From Chlorokybus atmophyticus (lineage: Eukaryota; Plantae; Mesostigma and Chlorokybus algae), in the NCBI GenBank assembly GCA_009103225.1, contig RHPI01000638.1, positions 248,001-312,000 on the forward strand: 64,000 nucleotides of DNA, in the 5' to 3' direction. Position 1 is the stretch's first letter; the number at the start of each line of letters is the position of its first letter. The notes under the pieces were generated by a model. It saw only the letters and a program-made list of their open reading frames with translations. It made no database searches and was not told where the DNA came from. This document shows positions 11,199 to 24,300 of this stretch, in pieces. The position numbers were made by a program, and so were the translations under genes.

Positions 11199-14100
11199 GG
11201 GTAGAGGTGCCCTATTTGGCCACTCGCCCTAATTTGGCCACTTGGCAGTTTCTTGATATCTGCCTGACCCTTAGTCCAATCGCGGCCAAACTTGGTAGAT
11301 AATTAGTACATACCGTGATACACCTTAAAACCAAGTTTTGCGTCAAACGGACGTGTGTGGCGCGAGATTTGAAATTTTGAATAGGATTAGCAGCTACCTT
11401 CACGCGGGCTCATACACACTATGAACTTTGTGATCTTGTAACTTTTGCAAATGAATACCAAATTGTACTCGGTCGTTTGCAGTGTTTTCCTACTGGTATA
11501 GAGAACTAATTTCCCAAGTTTTATGAAAAACAATTGCAAAAGTTAGCGGTGACACTTTTTTGAGTGATGCGTTAAGATTTGTGTGAGTTGCGCAAAGTGT
11601 GTAAGGTGGTATAGAGTGGAGGGGCAAACGCGCGAGCTGCTTTGTTGTTGCTGCTTTGTGAGTGCTGTGTAGGAGTTGTGGCTGCTGTGGTTGCACTGGG
11701 GGGGAGGGGGGGAGTGGCATACACGTGAGTGTGTGAGGCAGAGTTGAGGCAAGGTTTGCGATAGCATTGCAAGGGCTAGCTGCTGTATTAGTTGCTGCTA
11801 CTACCTTCTACCTCTGCTACACAAGGCTATGGTCATCACGGGCACTAGGGTGGGTGGCTTGTTGTTGGTTGCCCAACGTTTTGTCATCACTGCGGCATTG
11901 CTGCTCAGACCACCCTGGTTGAGGCATGTCGACTGATGCCCATTGCAACGCAGGGGAAAAGAGTGAAAGCCAAGACCCCACACTCAAAGCGAAGCAAGGG
12001 CTACAAGAACTACGACGCCAGCATGGAGGACATTTACAGAGCAGTGCTGGCCATCAAGCAGGGCTGTATGAGCATTACTGAAGCACTGACTGAGCTTGGC
12101 ATCCCAAGGAGTTCCCTGAGACGCTACTGTGACAATCCCCACCTGCTTGACAAGTATAGGTGAGTGCTAGATGCCTGGCATGCAATGCACCACTGTAACA
12201 CATGCAAGCAACTGAATGCATGCTATGCAGGGGGGCTGGTCATGCAACTCTGTTTGATGAGGATGAGGAGAAGGACTTGGCTCAGTTTGTTATCAAGCGT
12301 AACAAGTGTGGTAGAGGGGTCACGTGGACAGAAATTTGCAGGCAGGGAAGAGGTTGGCAAGTGATGCACGTGCAGCATTGTGTAAGAGAGGCATACCTGG
12401 CAAAAAGTGGTGGCAAGGCTTCAAGAAGCGTAACAACCTCACCTCCCGCAAGGCTGAGGCATTGGACAAGCAGAGAAGATGTGCATTGAAGAGGGATGTG
12501 GTCTACCATTACTTTAACCTCTTGGAGAAGGTTGTTGCAGAGTTGGGTGTTGGCCCGGAGAGAATAATTTCTGCCGACGAGGTGGGAGTGGAGCTAGACA
12601 CAGCCTCTGCCAACCAGAGGGTCATCTGTGAAACGTAAGCACACTGTTAGTTCATGCTTGCAGCGATAAATGCCATGCACAAAGCTGGGTTGCTTACACA
12701 GTTTTATGCATGCAGTGGTGCACGTTGGGCACAATGTGCTACTACTGGAAGTAGAGAGCACATTACGTTGATGGCAGCAGTTTCTGGTGGGGGATACACC
12801 TTCCCTCCCTTGGTCATCATGAAGGGCAAACGCACGACTCAAGACTGCAAGGAGTTCAAAGTACCTGGGGCGAGGTTTGCTGTGCAAGAGAACGCTTGGA
12901 TGACCACTGAAATTTTGGAGATGTGGATTAAACTGCTGGTCAAGTACATTCCACAAGGTGTGAGCCCAGAGAACCCCTCACTCCTTGTTGTGGACGGCCA
13001 TGTTAGTCGCTACAACAGCAGCATGATCAAGTTCGCACAGCAACAAGGCCTGCACATCCTGATACTCCCACCCCATACCACCCATCGCCTGCAAGTCTTG
13101 GACGTTAGTTGTTTCCACCCTTTCAAAAAAGTCTACCGTAAAGTCTACAGAGAGAGGCAAGACCTACATCACAACCAGAACCTGTCGAGAGGAGAGTTCC
13201 TGTCGCTGCTGGTTAGGCCCTGGCTTGAAGGTCTCACACCTGCAAACATCTTGGGAGGCTTCCGGGTTTGTGGTCTCTGGCCATTAAACAAGACTGTGCT
13301 GGACAAGTACTTCACTTCTGAGGACAACACCATACCCAGCTCCATGCATGAGCTGCTGAATGCCATCGACCTAGAGGAGGCAGCTCCACAAACAGAGTCA
13401 GCACTAGCAGAGGAGCAAGGCAATGCAAGCACATCAGCTCTACAAGCAAGCAAGACCAAGAAGACAAAGAAGCGCACACGAGGCATCGCCTTCGCTCATT
13501 TACTGACAAGTCCAGAGATTGCAACACAACTGGCAGAGAAGGACGCTGCAGCTGAGGAAGCAGCAGCTGCAGCACAGGCACGCAAGGCAGCAGCAATGTT
13601 GAAGAAACAAGAGGCAGCAGCACTGACAGCTGATAAGGCGACAGCAAAAGAGTTGAAGAAACAAGAGGCAGCAGCAAAAGCAACTGAGAATGCAGCAGCA
13701 ACAGAGTTGAAGAGGAAGCAAGCAGGACTAAGACGCATGCAAAAGAGTGCAAAAGCCAACAAGAAGCTAGCGGAGATGCAAGCACAAGAGAGAGAAGAGC
13801 AAGAGGTCCGCGAGGCAGGGGAGGCAGATGCTCACCTCACAGTAGAGCAGAGGGCGAGAACAGCTCAGGAGGCGGATGCGTTGCTCAAGCGCTACGAGTG
13901 GAACCCCCTGCTGTGCAACAACCAGCTGGGGGTCCCACTCTGGGACTGGGCTGAAGACTTTGAGCAGAGGATGGTGGCGCCAAGGCCATACGTGGTTGAG
14001 GCAGCTAGAGAAGCGGGTGCACGCTGGAGAGCTAGGCAGAGTGTAAGAAGGCAGCGTCATAATGTAGTTTAGGCTTGAGACTACTCTGCATGCACTTGTA

Positions 14101-14609
14101 CATACTTTATTCCAACACTTTGCCTACACAGCATGCAACCCCACACACACATGCATGCGTTACTTGCTTGATGTCGTCGCCCACAACCTTGCAACGAACA
14201 ACTGATTTTGGCGGAATGCTATGGCGGCAAGCTCCCGCCAAGATTGACTGGCTGTCATGCGGCTGAAATGGGCTGCATAGCTGCCTGTCAGCGCCGCATA
14301 TAATTGCCTGCATCCCACCCGCATGATGCCCGCCAACAGCACATGTCAAGCAATGCCTGTCACGCTAACACAGGCGTTCTGAAGTGGCCAAATTAGGGCA
14401 CACGCATTTTTCCAGAAACAACCAATCACACCCTACTTGGGCGCGCCATAGCACACGCATCACTCAACCAAAAAGTAAAGTAAAAATATGCACGTGTACC
14501 CTAGGTCCTAAGGAACAAGAAACATATGTACTTCACCGCCATACAGCCAACACAGCGCCCACACGGAGCTTAATACCTCGAAAATGCGCCAAATAGGGCA
14601 CCTCTACCC
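11199..14609 (+). mobile_element. Full-length pogo/Fot1-like (Tc1/mariner superfamily) DNA transposon
   Basis: Perfect 22-bp TIRs GGGTAGAGGTGCCCTATTTGGC (11199-11220 and 14588-14609), TA duplicated on both sides, and an internal spliced transposase gene. Confidence 0.95.
11936..14072 (+). CDS. pogo/Fot-like DD35D transposase (HTH-psq + CENP-B HTH + DDE_1), 3 exons, one apparent frameshift near 12345
   Basis: HTH (AVLAIKQGCMSITEALTELGIPRSSLRRY) and KWWQGFKKRN. Catalytic motifs SADEVG, LVVDGHVSR and LQVLDVSCFHPFK, with 35 residues between D2 and D3. Introns ~12161-12230 and ~12635-12715. The frame changes between TEICRQ and GKRLAS. Confidence 0.9.
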
Positions 14610-14629
14610 TACATTCCAATGGGGAGGTG

Positions 14630-14733
14630 TGTTCGGTAGCCAAGGAGCTGCGACGTAATACATAAGAATGGAAATAGCCGTAACTACCACCCTGGTCTTT
14701 TATGGCTTACACGGCCGGACCTTCGTTGTAACA
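14630..14733 (+). mobile_element. Possible orphan short LTR
   Basis: TGTT...AACA segment preceded by purine tract GGGGAGG. No partner LTR or TSD found. Confidence 0.3.
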
Positions 14734-15309
14734 CCTTTTATGGTGTCACTACAGACACCAAGTTGTTCGCTGTATACACTTGCTTAGCTCCGTGCAGCTA
14801 GGAATCTTGTTCTCTTGTGTCATGCTTAATACGGTACTGATTTGTGTGCAACAAAAAACAAGAGCAGTGGTATCGTTATATCAGTGAGGTGAACGAGCAA
14901 CATGTGGATGCTATGCCCTAACTGATGCCAACAAACACACCGCAACCAAGCACACCAAGCTCACAGCAATAATAAGCACAGTGTTACGAGAGCATGCACA
15001 TGGTCTTACACGGTGAGAGGATTCTTGATAATCGGGATGGCGTGTTCGTGTTTCAAGTCGATTCACAGTCTCTGTGCTTTCGCACTCACAAAGTCACCAG
15101 CTGATCAAATGAACATCGCGGCTACTTATACAAGTCAAATCACGACTGTTCAAAACATAAGCTAGCGGTCATATCGCGGCTATTTTCAAAGGAATCCCTA
15201 CTCGATATTGAATACAGCTAATAGATGAACTGACAACTGAACAGCTACGCGCGGTGCCCATGTAGGCTATAGTCACAAGCTAGTCTAGAGTTATAACCTA
15301 GGTACTGGT

Positions 15310-16123
15310 CAGTGTCGCGCACGAGTCTTCATGCCGATAGCCCGGAGAGGGTCTTGATATAGGCAGGCCCGATGAAGGCTGGCACACGCGGACAATGGGC
15401 ATGACAGCTCATCACAAGACATGGGGTAAAAGTGGGCTTTCTTCACTGTCATATTGCGCTTGAAGATTGCTATATAGGTTCCACATAGGCCGCTGTTGAA
15501 TAGAACCCAGGAGGTCTTTCAGATGTGCCAGACCATGATATAACATGAAGGGACTGCCGCTTTCGTGAATGGATGGGACAGCGACAAGCGCGCACGCGCC
15601 AACGTGCCATCACTCTTGGCCGCATTAAAGATGTCGAAGTTAGCTTGCCCAATAAACGCGTCCACCGCACGGTATGTGCATCTGTGTTGGCAACTAGCAG
15701 CGTCCGTCATCACATAATGATGGATGGAAAATCCAACCCCTTTCCGGTATTCATACACCTCAAGGAACTCACATTGCGTGTGTTGAGAACCAACATGAGC
15801 TTCTTGCCATTGTCACCACCGCACGCCGTGCAGAACTGCAGGTAGTCATTATCATTATCTGTGCATGGCAGGGCGCTCAACATCTTGTAGCAGCCCTGCA
15901 CGCACTCCACCAGGTCTTTATATGATGGCCAGCATTGTTAATGATATACACTCTCCACGGCCGAAGCCGTACGCCTCCAATTCTTGTTGACACATCTTGC
16001 AGAAGCCCAACCCTTTGGACCCATCAAGCTGCATATGACTCGCATCAGGTTGTGATCTTTAAACACCTGCGCATAGAGTCTGGTAATAGCGCCTCGATTC
16101 TGGCTCATAAACTTTGATGCCAC
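15310..16123 (-). pseudogene. Decayed F-box-like family gene, copy C
   Basis: N-terminal F-box-like VFKDHNLMRVICSLMGPKGWASARCVNKNWR, then an in-frame TAA and later stops. Continues CVQGCYKMLSAL as in copy D. Confidence 0.6.
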
Positions 16124-16489
16124 TCACATTGGCCTGCCAGCACACGCACAATTGGCTACATGGCAGCTACGAAGGGCCAACCAAACAGCACACACTCAAA
16201 GGTGACTACATACTTGATTAAGAATTGTTATGTTGCACAGTAGCGATGGATGCAAGAGATAGCTGCTTGACCTTTGTTTATAGCACCATATAGTTGGCAA
16301 GCAACTCGTCGCAATATGTTTTCCCTGCCGGCCAACCAAATAGTGGCAACGGCCGTGCACCTGAGGATACTAATTTAGACTGTCGTGGCTCAGTCCACCT
16401 GTAATCTCGATACAGGGACCTAATAGTAACTTCCGTTACTATCAAGCCCTTTTTGTTACAATCAAATCTTTAATAGTTGACTATGCCTC

Positions 16490-16790
16490 ATTAACAGGCG
16501 CCCATCAGTCACCTATCAGGCCTTTTCAGGTGGCTATGCCTAATTTACAGCCACCTGTTTGTTACTTATTCGGCCTTAACAGGTAACTTCATTTAATTAA
16601 CAGGCACCTGTTCGTTACACATGAGGCCTTACCAGGTGACTACAATTAATCAACGGGCACCGGTAAGTTACACATCCGGCCTTTACAGGTGACTACACCT
16701 AATAAGCAGGCACTTGCAAATTACACATAAGTCTTACTTAGGTGACTCAGCCTATGTGACAGGCACCTGCTGGTTATACACTAGTCCAGC
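16490..16790. repeat. Degenerate tandem array, ~5 x 53 bp
   Basis: Units of the form GGCCTT..CAGGTGACT....TAAT..ACAGGCACCTG...GTTACACAT repeat every 53 bp. Each contains an internal CAGGT/ACCTG dyad. Confidence 0.75.
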
Positions 16791-17190
16791 GCATGCGACT
16801 AAGCCTAATTCACAAGCGCCAACTAGGTAATTATTTATATAATAAAGCATTCTTTAAGCAACTGAAGGTGACTGATGCCTAACTGTCGTTATATGTATTT
16901 GCATAGCATGACTACACGCGACTGTCACTGATTGCCAGCATCGTGATATGCCTGTGCTGTGTACAGGTACCTGAAATGTATACAGTGTCTCTCAGTCACT
17001 TGCCAAAGCTTGTAGTTCGATTATGTGACTCGCATGCCTGCTCTGTTGTATATCATAGGGATGCAAGTATTGACATCATGTCAATATGATGCATACTGAC
17101 GATTGACTGAGCTGGTTGAAGATGCACAACACTCGATCATAAGAGTCTTGCAGCTATGTATACTACCAGCTAAACGGACAACCAACTGCG

Positions 17191-18420
17191 CTATAGCTCC
17201 TCTCCATCATCGCTTTGCTCGTCATCATGGAACAAAGCACCACGCGCTGGGGCCTGTGGAGGAGACGCCGCAGATTGCTCTTCCTCCTCAAACGGTTGTG
17301 CCAGCCAATCAAATGCCGCTTCCGCCTCAGCGAGCGGGTCACGAGCTGCTGTCTCTTGCGGTCGGCACCGCTTGGGATCTTTCAGGTATTTGACACAAGA
17401 TGCAGTGCGACGTTTCACAAGGGTGAATGGCTTAAGGGCGTACCGTTGCCTCATCTCCCGCTTTATTGACATAATCATGGTGTTGATTTTGCTTAGGTAC
17501 TCTTCATGTGTGTCGATGCTGGCAGCTACGAAAGGGTCTCCATCCTTGCCCTTAAGGATGCGCTCCACCTGCGTAGTTTACAGGCATGTCTCAGTGGCAT
17601 GGAAAGCCACTATTGCAATGCGTCTGCAAGCCTGTAGTTTGGGGCTACAGCATTGCGGAATTGCTAATGATAGAGCTCAGAGTGCTCACCATAAGCAACA
17701 GGTATGCGAGGTGGTTGACTGTTAGCTGCCGGCAACCAGGTGTAGTGACGGCGTAAGACCAGCATTGCACGATCATTCGCAGGATTATGGGATTGCCCTT
17801 CATTCAAGGATGTATCTCCTCCACTCCGGGTCTGCATTGTCGGTCACCTCAAATCTCCGCCATGACTTGTCTGCGACAGTCATACCAATAAGACATTAGT
17901 CACGATATAGATAGTTCAAGTTGAGCCTGCACCAGGCTAGAATAGTGCCTGTGACTTACTTTGGAGCGCGTTGCGCATCTGGGCTTTTTGGGTCTCGGGG
18001 TCCATTAGGGCGTTGATGTGCCTGATTGAATCGGTTACAATAGGCGAGATGCGTACGTGTGTATGGAGGCTGAGCAAGAAGGCAGTGTTGCATAGCAGAC
18101 ATGGTAATGATTGATTCGGTTACAATAGGCGAGATGCGTACGTGTGTATGGAGGCTGAGTAAAAAGGCAGTGTTGCATAGCAGACATGGTGGTGAGGGAC
18201 CCAACTCGCTTGCGGTTGTTGCTGTTAAACAGTGTCCACTTGAACCTCTTTTCAAGGACATGCTTGATCTTGGTGACGTTCTCAGACCGGACCTTCGTAG
18301 CTTTCTTCAAGGCAACACTCCAGTGGAAGGGGCACTCCATTGGAGTCCAGTACACCCTATAGAACTTGGCCGCATCGGCCTCATTGTCATGGTCGAAGCC
18401 AACTGCCTGTCACGGGCAGG
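17191..18420 (-). pseudogene. Unknown protein-coding remnant (multi-exon)
   Basis: Protein-like ORF pieces (...FYRVYWTPMECPFHWSVALKKATKVRSENVTKIKHVLEKRF...; ...EEYLSKINTMIMSIKREMRQRY...acidic tail). No family recognised. Confidence 0.35.
18024..18190. repeat. Recent tandem duplication, 2 x ~85 bp
   Basis: GATTGA.TCGGTTACAATAGGCGAGATGCGTACGTGTGTATGGAGGCTGAG.AA.AAGGCAGTGTTGCATAGCAGACATGGT present twice. Confidence 0.9.
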
Positions 18421-19256
18421 TTGATCATGAAGCATTCACAGCACCTGACACATGACGTTACGAATAGTGTCCTCCTTGGGATAAACGTGGCTCTCTACCT
18501 AGTGGCCGTTTATGATTTCAATGACGGCATCTAGCAACTGCTGTCCACAAAAGAACAATCCGTTACACATATACACACGGTGTCACAGTGTCACATAGTG
18601 CTTACCTCGTTGCCAATCTTCTACTTGCTTGGGGAAGGGTTGCTGACGGCCGAGGTTGCCACGTTATGGCCAAATGCGTTTAGGTTGGGTTCCAATCGAC
18701 CCTCTGCAAGCACAACCACATGAGTCATGCTAGCCATGAAAGATGCAATCCTCACAGTTGAGAAAGAAGAACAACGTGCACAGTGTATCCAGAACGCATT
18801 CAGTGAGTCACTGTGCCAGTCATGAAAGAAGCAAGCGTCGAAGTTAGAAGTTGAGCAAGAAGCAACGTGCACAGTGCATCAGGAACGCATGCAGTCTAGC
18901 TTGCCCTTGCGACTGCGGTGTCAGGTGGAGTTGTTGTGATGTGCTGGGCGTTAGCGCGGGGTCTTGCTGCAATTAGTTGGCAACGGTTGCCTGGTTGAAC
19001 ACGGGGGGCAATGTGGACAACTGGCGCCGACCTCCACGACGAGATGCACTTATGGATGGACCACGAGGCATCTCTTAAATTGATAGTCGGGTGCCGCCTG
19101 TTTAGCTGATAGTGGCGCTGCCGCCTCCAACGCTGCCGCCGCCGGTTGGCCCGCCAAAAGGTACGAGGCGCGAAAACGAAAATGAGGCGGTTTTAAACGT
19201 CTAGTGTCCCGCACTAGAGTTGCACTTGTAATGCGTCCTTGCTCATATGGTTGATG

Positions 19257-19402
19257 GTACGACTTATGCATTCGTGCCATCCATGCTTCGTACAACCATT
19301 GGTAACAATGGTTGTGTCGTAACATTTATGGTACAACAGCGGCATCTCTCGTCCAACCCCAGCCATTGCCGTACAATGGCTCTATCGTACCATCCATGGT
19401 AC
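19257..19402. promoter_or_regulatory. GTAC-motif cluster 1
   Basis: Six GTAC cores (mostly TGGTAC/TCGTAC) in ~150 bp upstream of the plus-strand ZnF/OTU gene. Confidence 0.35.
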
Positions 19403-19598
19403 GACAAAGGCATTACTCGATCAGCCTAAATGGGAGTTAGCGTGCACTCACCCAAACACGCTTCATTGATGGCCGGATGATGGCACACAGGGGCACCAGG
19501 TCGATGACGGGTCGAATGTCAGGCATAGTGGTCCTGGGTTCGACTAGGAGGCGAAGGACCAGGAGTCGGAGACGGCGGCGGCGGCGAAATGGCACATC

Positions 19599-19934
19599 TT
19601 GCGAGAAGTTGTGGTCGTAACAGTTCAAGCAGCGAAGCCAGCTACAACCAGGCGCCACGTCATGGATCATGGCAGGCGTCAGCAATGGGGCTGTCCAACA
19701 TGCATCACTCACATTGGACATACCAGCAGGCAAGCCATCAAGAACCATCTTCACACAGAGAGCTGCTTGGTGGCTCGCTTTCTGCAACAAGGAGTGGATC
19801 AGGAGCTGCAGTCCTTGAAGCTCCTTGTCAGAACCATGCGGGACCAATTGCGGTTGTGGGAACAAGCACAAAGTAATGCAGCGGTACGCTCAACAGTCAC
19901 ATGCATTTCCTTGCAAGAGCAATTTGGTTTTTAG
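19599..19934 (+). pseudogene. Zn-finger-like + coiled-coil exon, possibly the 5' part of the OTU gene
   Basis: WGCPTCITHIGHTSRQAIKNHLHTESC followed by a helical segment, with a GT donor after ...QSNAA. An upstream in-frame TAG is present. Confidence 0.3.
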
Positions 19935-21199
19935 CGCAATCCAAATGATACATGTAGCGTGGCTGCAGGCCTCCACTATTCACCCATACCCACCCTACAG
20001 TCAAGCCGACATTGCGGAAGCCAGAGCAGATAGACAGAGCTGAGCGGCGGTATGTTGTTGCCAATCTTGCTGCACATGTTAACTGCATGCACCTCCAATG
20101 CATGCCTACCTTTGCATGCTAGGATGTGCGTGAGCGTGCGAAGTCGCACGCGCGTGCCGAATCACGTAGGCTGGGTTTGAGCACATGAGCGCGTGGCCAT
20201 TTGTCCGGCATTTAACCAATAGTGCATCAACCAGCAATGACGCAGTCCATGCAATTATTCATGCATCAACCAGCAATGCCGCAGGTGACTGTTTGAAGCA
20301 ACCAACTGATAACGGTGTGACGCAGTTGACTATTGCAATTGCAATTGTCGCAAGCATGCAGCTAACCCACATATGATCGGTTGACAGCACCACAGTGCAC
20401 TAGGTCCTGTTGAAGCTCATTGCAAGCCTGGATTCAATCCCATCAACTGGTCCTTCAATCCCACCTGCTGATGGGCGCGGCGGCAATGCGGCATCAGTTC
20501 AACATGCATGTTGGCCTGTTTATTCCCGACATGTCCATTGGGGCAGTGGCGCATGATGTGCCCATGGCTCACGAGCTCCGTGACGAGTCTGCCATCGAGG
20601 GTGACGGGGAGAGTGCACCCAATACCACCTTGTCAGCCCCCATGGCTTCCCCTGCTCCATACAGCACACGGGCCATTGAGGTAAGTCGCTGTCTTTTATG
20701 CTCGTGCCTTGGTAACAATGCGTTAAGCACTGCATAAGCTTATATTCGTCCTTTGCAACATTGTGAGCCATCTAATCCTGGGTCCTGTATACAGCCCCCC
20801 TTGCTGCATGCACAAGTGATCTCACCTGCCGCTCCTGCTCCCCTCGCAGCCACCGAGCAACCACCTTCCGCGGCACCAGTCCTTCATGCCCTGCCATCTC
20901 CTCCACGATCAGCACCGGTGACTGCGGGGCAACAATCCTTCTTGCCGCCACCGGCGAGACCACATCACAATGCAACAACCGATGTGGCTTCTGCACCTAC
21001 CTTACCCCACCCGCTGCAAGTTGAAGCCGACAGTCTGCCTCAAACGCAGGTACTTTATCAGTCACTGTGACTCTTGCCGTCCACAGTTGGACACACCATT
21101 TGAGTGCTGTATGCGCATGCAGCAGGGGTCACCACCTGCCAGCTAGTCATTATAGGAGCTGGCCGCAACCCGCATAGGCCATCAGTCATGCTAGGTGGC

Positions 21200-21890
21200 C
21201 AGCTCGCCTCATGGGACCACTTTAATGTGCCAACGGATGGTAATTGCTTCTACCATTGTGTATTTCGCGCCAGGCCATCAATAACGCAAAGTGTCCTGGA
21301 TGATCACAAGTGCCTCAGCTCGAGCAGAGTTTGGGCCATGATGGACACCATGGACGACGATGGCAGGGGGGACACTCTTACAAAATCACCGCCAAGGCTG
21401 TCGATGCAAGCGTGGCGAGCAGAATCCTAGACTTCTGCAGAGCCACTGGTGTCGCGGGAGAGATGGCGCAGTATTATGACAGACTGCCTACGACCATGTT
21501 GGCTGATGTCAATTGCAACATTGACATAGCCATGGCCAAGGACCAACAGATCGCGCGGAGAAAAGATGTGTACGTCGAGCAACCGCAGATGACTATGTTT
21601 GCCAACAAGCTGAGCTTGTTGATTGGCTGCGTGACCGTTCAGCGCAAGCTTGGGGAGTGGGTGCCACGGCCCGGCAGCGCAGTTTAGGTTGGAAAGTAAA
21701 GAAGCCCCCAACTCAGTTCTAGTGGTGGGCAACATTGCTCCCGATGAGCCAGAAGCACACTTTTAGCTCCTCAAGCCTGCAAGCACCAAACAATGGTCGT
21801 GGCCTATGCATGAAGTGCCACCGGAGGTAACAAACCTGATCGAAGAGTGGCGGAATGGCGTTGCCAATTCCCCGCTACCACCGGCTGTGA
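21200..21890 (+). pseudogene. OTU-like cysteine protease (deubiquitinase) domain, disrupted
   Basis: Cys loop VPTDGNCFYHCV, middle motif YVEQPQMTMFANKLSLLIGCVT, His loop VLVVGN...EAHF*LL. Frameshifts and an in-frame TAG. Confidence 0.6.
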
Positions 21891-22415
21891 CCCAGAGTGC
21901 TGCACCAACGCCTTAGGCCTCGCCTTCGTGTGCTAGGCAAGAAGTAGCCGAGGTCCATCCTACCTCCCCTTAACCACAGCCACATGCTCGCAACAACAAT
22001 CCAGCACCCTCCCTTCCTGCTGCGGAGACTCACTTGCCACCGCACTCTGACCATTCGGAGGCATCTCTATTAAAACAGCGGTAGATCGCCCTCTCCCTCT
22101 AAGCTTGCCACATTGATCCCAGCCTGTCTTGTTGGTAAAGAGATTGATTGAGGTGTCCTGAAAACTGTGAACTGTGAACCATGTAGGTACATGTATAGTT
22201 GCAGCATGGTGCATGGTGCACCCGAGATCTGCTGTTGTCAGAAGCATTGGATGTACATGTGTATGATAACTGCCCGGCGCATGAGTCAGTGCATGGCTTG
22301 CATACCTCGCTGGTTCAGAGCGTGGTTGACAGCAACAACCTCGGACAGCGCTCTGGGTTCCATGGAATGACAGCACAGTATTACTCTACGATCGTGGTAG
22401 TATGCGGGTATCCTT

Positions 22416-22497
22416 GTACTGTAGTACCACTAAAAGATGGAGTACCATTCATATTGATGTAGTACCATGCATGGTAGTGCAATAGCGTCCATGGTAC
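22416..22497. promoter_or_regulatory. GTAC-motif cluster 2
   Basis: Five GTAC cores in ~80 bp, ~120 bp upstream of the Tudor-MTase gene ATG. Confidence 0.35.
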
Positions 22498-22617
22498 AGT
22501 CGTGCTTCACTTGAAGTGTGACCCATTTGGGGTTCGTAAGATGGCAACCCTAAAGTTGATGCCCATACCCTAAAGTCTCGCTCAGTTTGTGGGCAGCCGT
22601 GCCGATTCCTATTTTGC

Positions 22618-24300
22618 ATGATGTCGGCGGCAGCATTTGAATCCCCCTCACCTAGAAGACCACGCTTGGTGTGCCCACAATGCAATGCGTACGTATGTGC
22701 CAATGGCCGTAGGCAGCAAATGCGAGCACACTTGACCGAATGCCAGCGAGTGCAGACAGTGTGCCACGGTTTTAGTGCTGCTTGCTGGCATCACACCACA
22801 CACAATGTCGACGTGTTTGGCTGCCGCCTCGGCAAAGTGTGCAAGGAACCCGAGTTTTTCTATTGCGTGCAGTGCGTGTGCGAATCATGCTTCGAGTGGC
22901 GAGGGGAACCCATAAGCTTCTTCACATGGACAACACCGCGACATGTGGTTAGTGGACAGGTGGTAGATGCTGTGGAGGTAATTCGGCAGAGTGGACCGCA
23001 ACGTATCACTGCATGTTATGTTGGGCGTATGCTTATTTCATGCATGTTGAAGCTGTTGTCGCATTTAGAGCAGTCTTCCACGGTGTGGGCGTGGGCAGTT
23101 CTATCCCCTGGCCTCTGCAGAGGATGCAGACCATCGACCGTTGGACAGCGCACTGCATCGGCTGCGGAACGCAGTTAAGTTGGGATGCGAGCAGCTGATT
23201 GGTGTGAGTGTCATGGTGCATTGGCCGCTGGATGGGGAATGGTATGCGGGCACTATGGAATCATTCAAGCAAGCATTAGGTCAGCATCGCTTCGTGGCGT
23301 GCGAGATTGAGGACGCATCATATATGCATGGTGCAATGGAAAATATCTTTGCAGGGCAGCACCGTATAGTATTCGATGACGGTGATCGACCACAAACCAT
23401 CAACTTCAAAGGGCACAACGTATTCGCGTACACGTCAGTTGACGGGGCACGCCATGTTCTGCGCACTGGAGGGGAGAACGACAATCGCAAAGTAAGCTCG
23501 GACAGCATCATTGTTGGTCCCTGGCCAGCACCACGGCCAGCCGTGACCACATACACGCCATTTTACAACAAGCTTGGACGCACACGCAGACCAAGGGCAC
23601 TCGATCTATTTTGCGGCGGTGGCGGTGCCAGTGTCGGTCTATACCACGCAGGCTTTAACGTGACCGGGATGGACATAAGTCCCTCCTCTGAGTACCCGCT
23701 GCCCTTTATACACCGCGATATATGCACCCTTAGTGCAGGAGAGCTGAGCGAGTACGAGCTCATGTGGGCCAGGCCACCATGCCAGGCCTATTTAGGTGCT
23801 ATCCCGGCACCTAAACGGGCGGCACATGGCACATCCTGAAGACACCAGGATATGATACCGCTCGTCCGATGTCTGTTGCTTGCAAGCCAGGTCAAGTTTG
23901 TGATTGAGAATGTGCCAAGAGCAGCTTCCTCATTCAGACCGAATCTGTCCCTTTGTGCACGATGTTTGGCCTATCAACTTTCCGGCACCGTCTGTTTGAG
24001 ACACAGCCAATGGTAGCTACCCCACCAGCACGCTGCTCGCACGCGGGCAAGGCAGTTGAACTGCTATTGCCGCACCTGTCCGCTAGCGCGAAGAAGACAA
24101 TTGTGACATCAAAAGCGCCACAGCAAATGTACCCGGTCTATGGCCTTCCAAGCACCAGGGGCGGCATTGCTGTGTGTGTGTGGCAAACAGCGCTGGGAGT
24201 GCCATTGATGAATTCGGCCATTACCGTAGCAAATGCAGTTCCTCTCGCAATGGCGGAGTGCATAAGGCGTCTCATGCTTGAAACAATGGACATGCTGTGA
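22618..24300 (+). pseudogene. Cys-rich/Zn-finger + Tudor + C5-cytosine DNA methyltransferase (compact phage/bacterial type), spliced, disrupted
   Basis: Tudor LIGVSVMVHWPLDGEWYAGTMESFKQAL|GQHRIVFDDGD across a 75-nt GT-AG intron (~23280-23354). MTase motifs I ALDLFCGGGGASVGL, IV WARPPCQAY, VI FVIENVP, VIII LC(G)TMFGLSTFRHRLFET and X ANAVPLAMAECI. In-frame TGA at 23837-23839 and a -1 frameshift near 23957. Confidence 0.85.

Noticed and set aside
10660-14733. Single LTR retrotransposon bounded by 10660-10757 and 14630-14733
   Set aside because: The two LTR-like segments are unrelated in sequence, oppositely oriented, and share no TSD (ACATT vs CCTTT).
16490-16790. Possible CRISPR array
   Set aside because: Whole units are degenerate copies with no repeat/unique-spacer alternation, there are no cas genes, and the context is eukaryotic.
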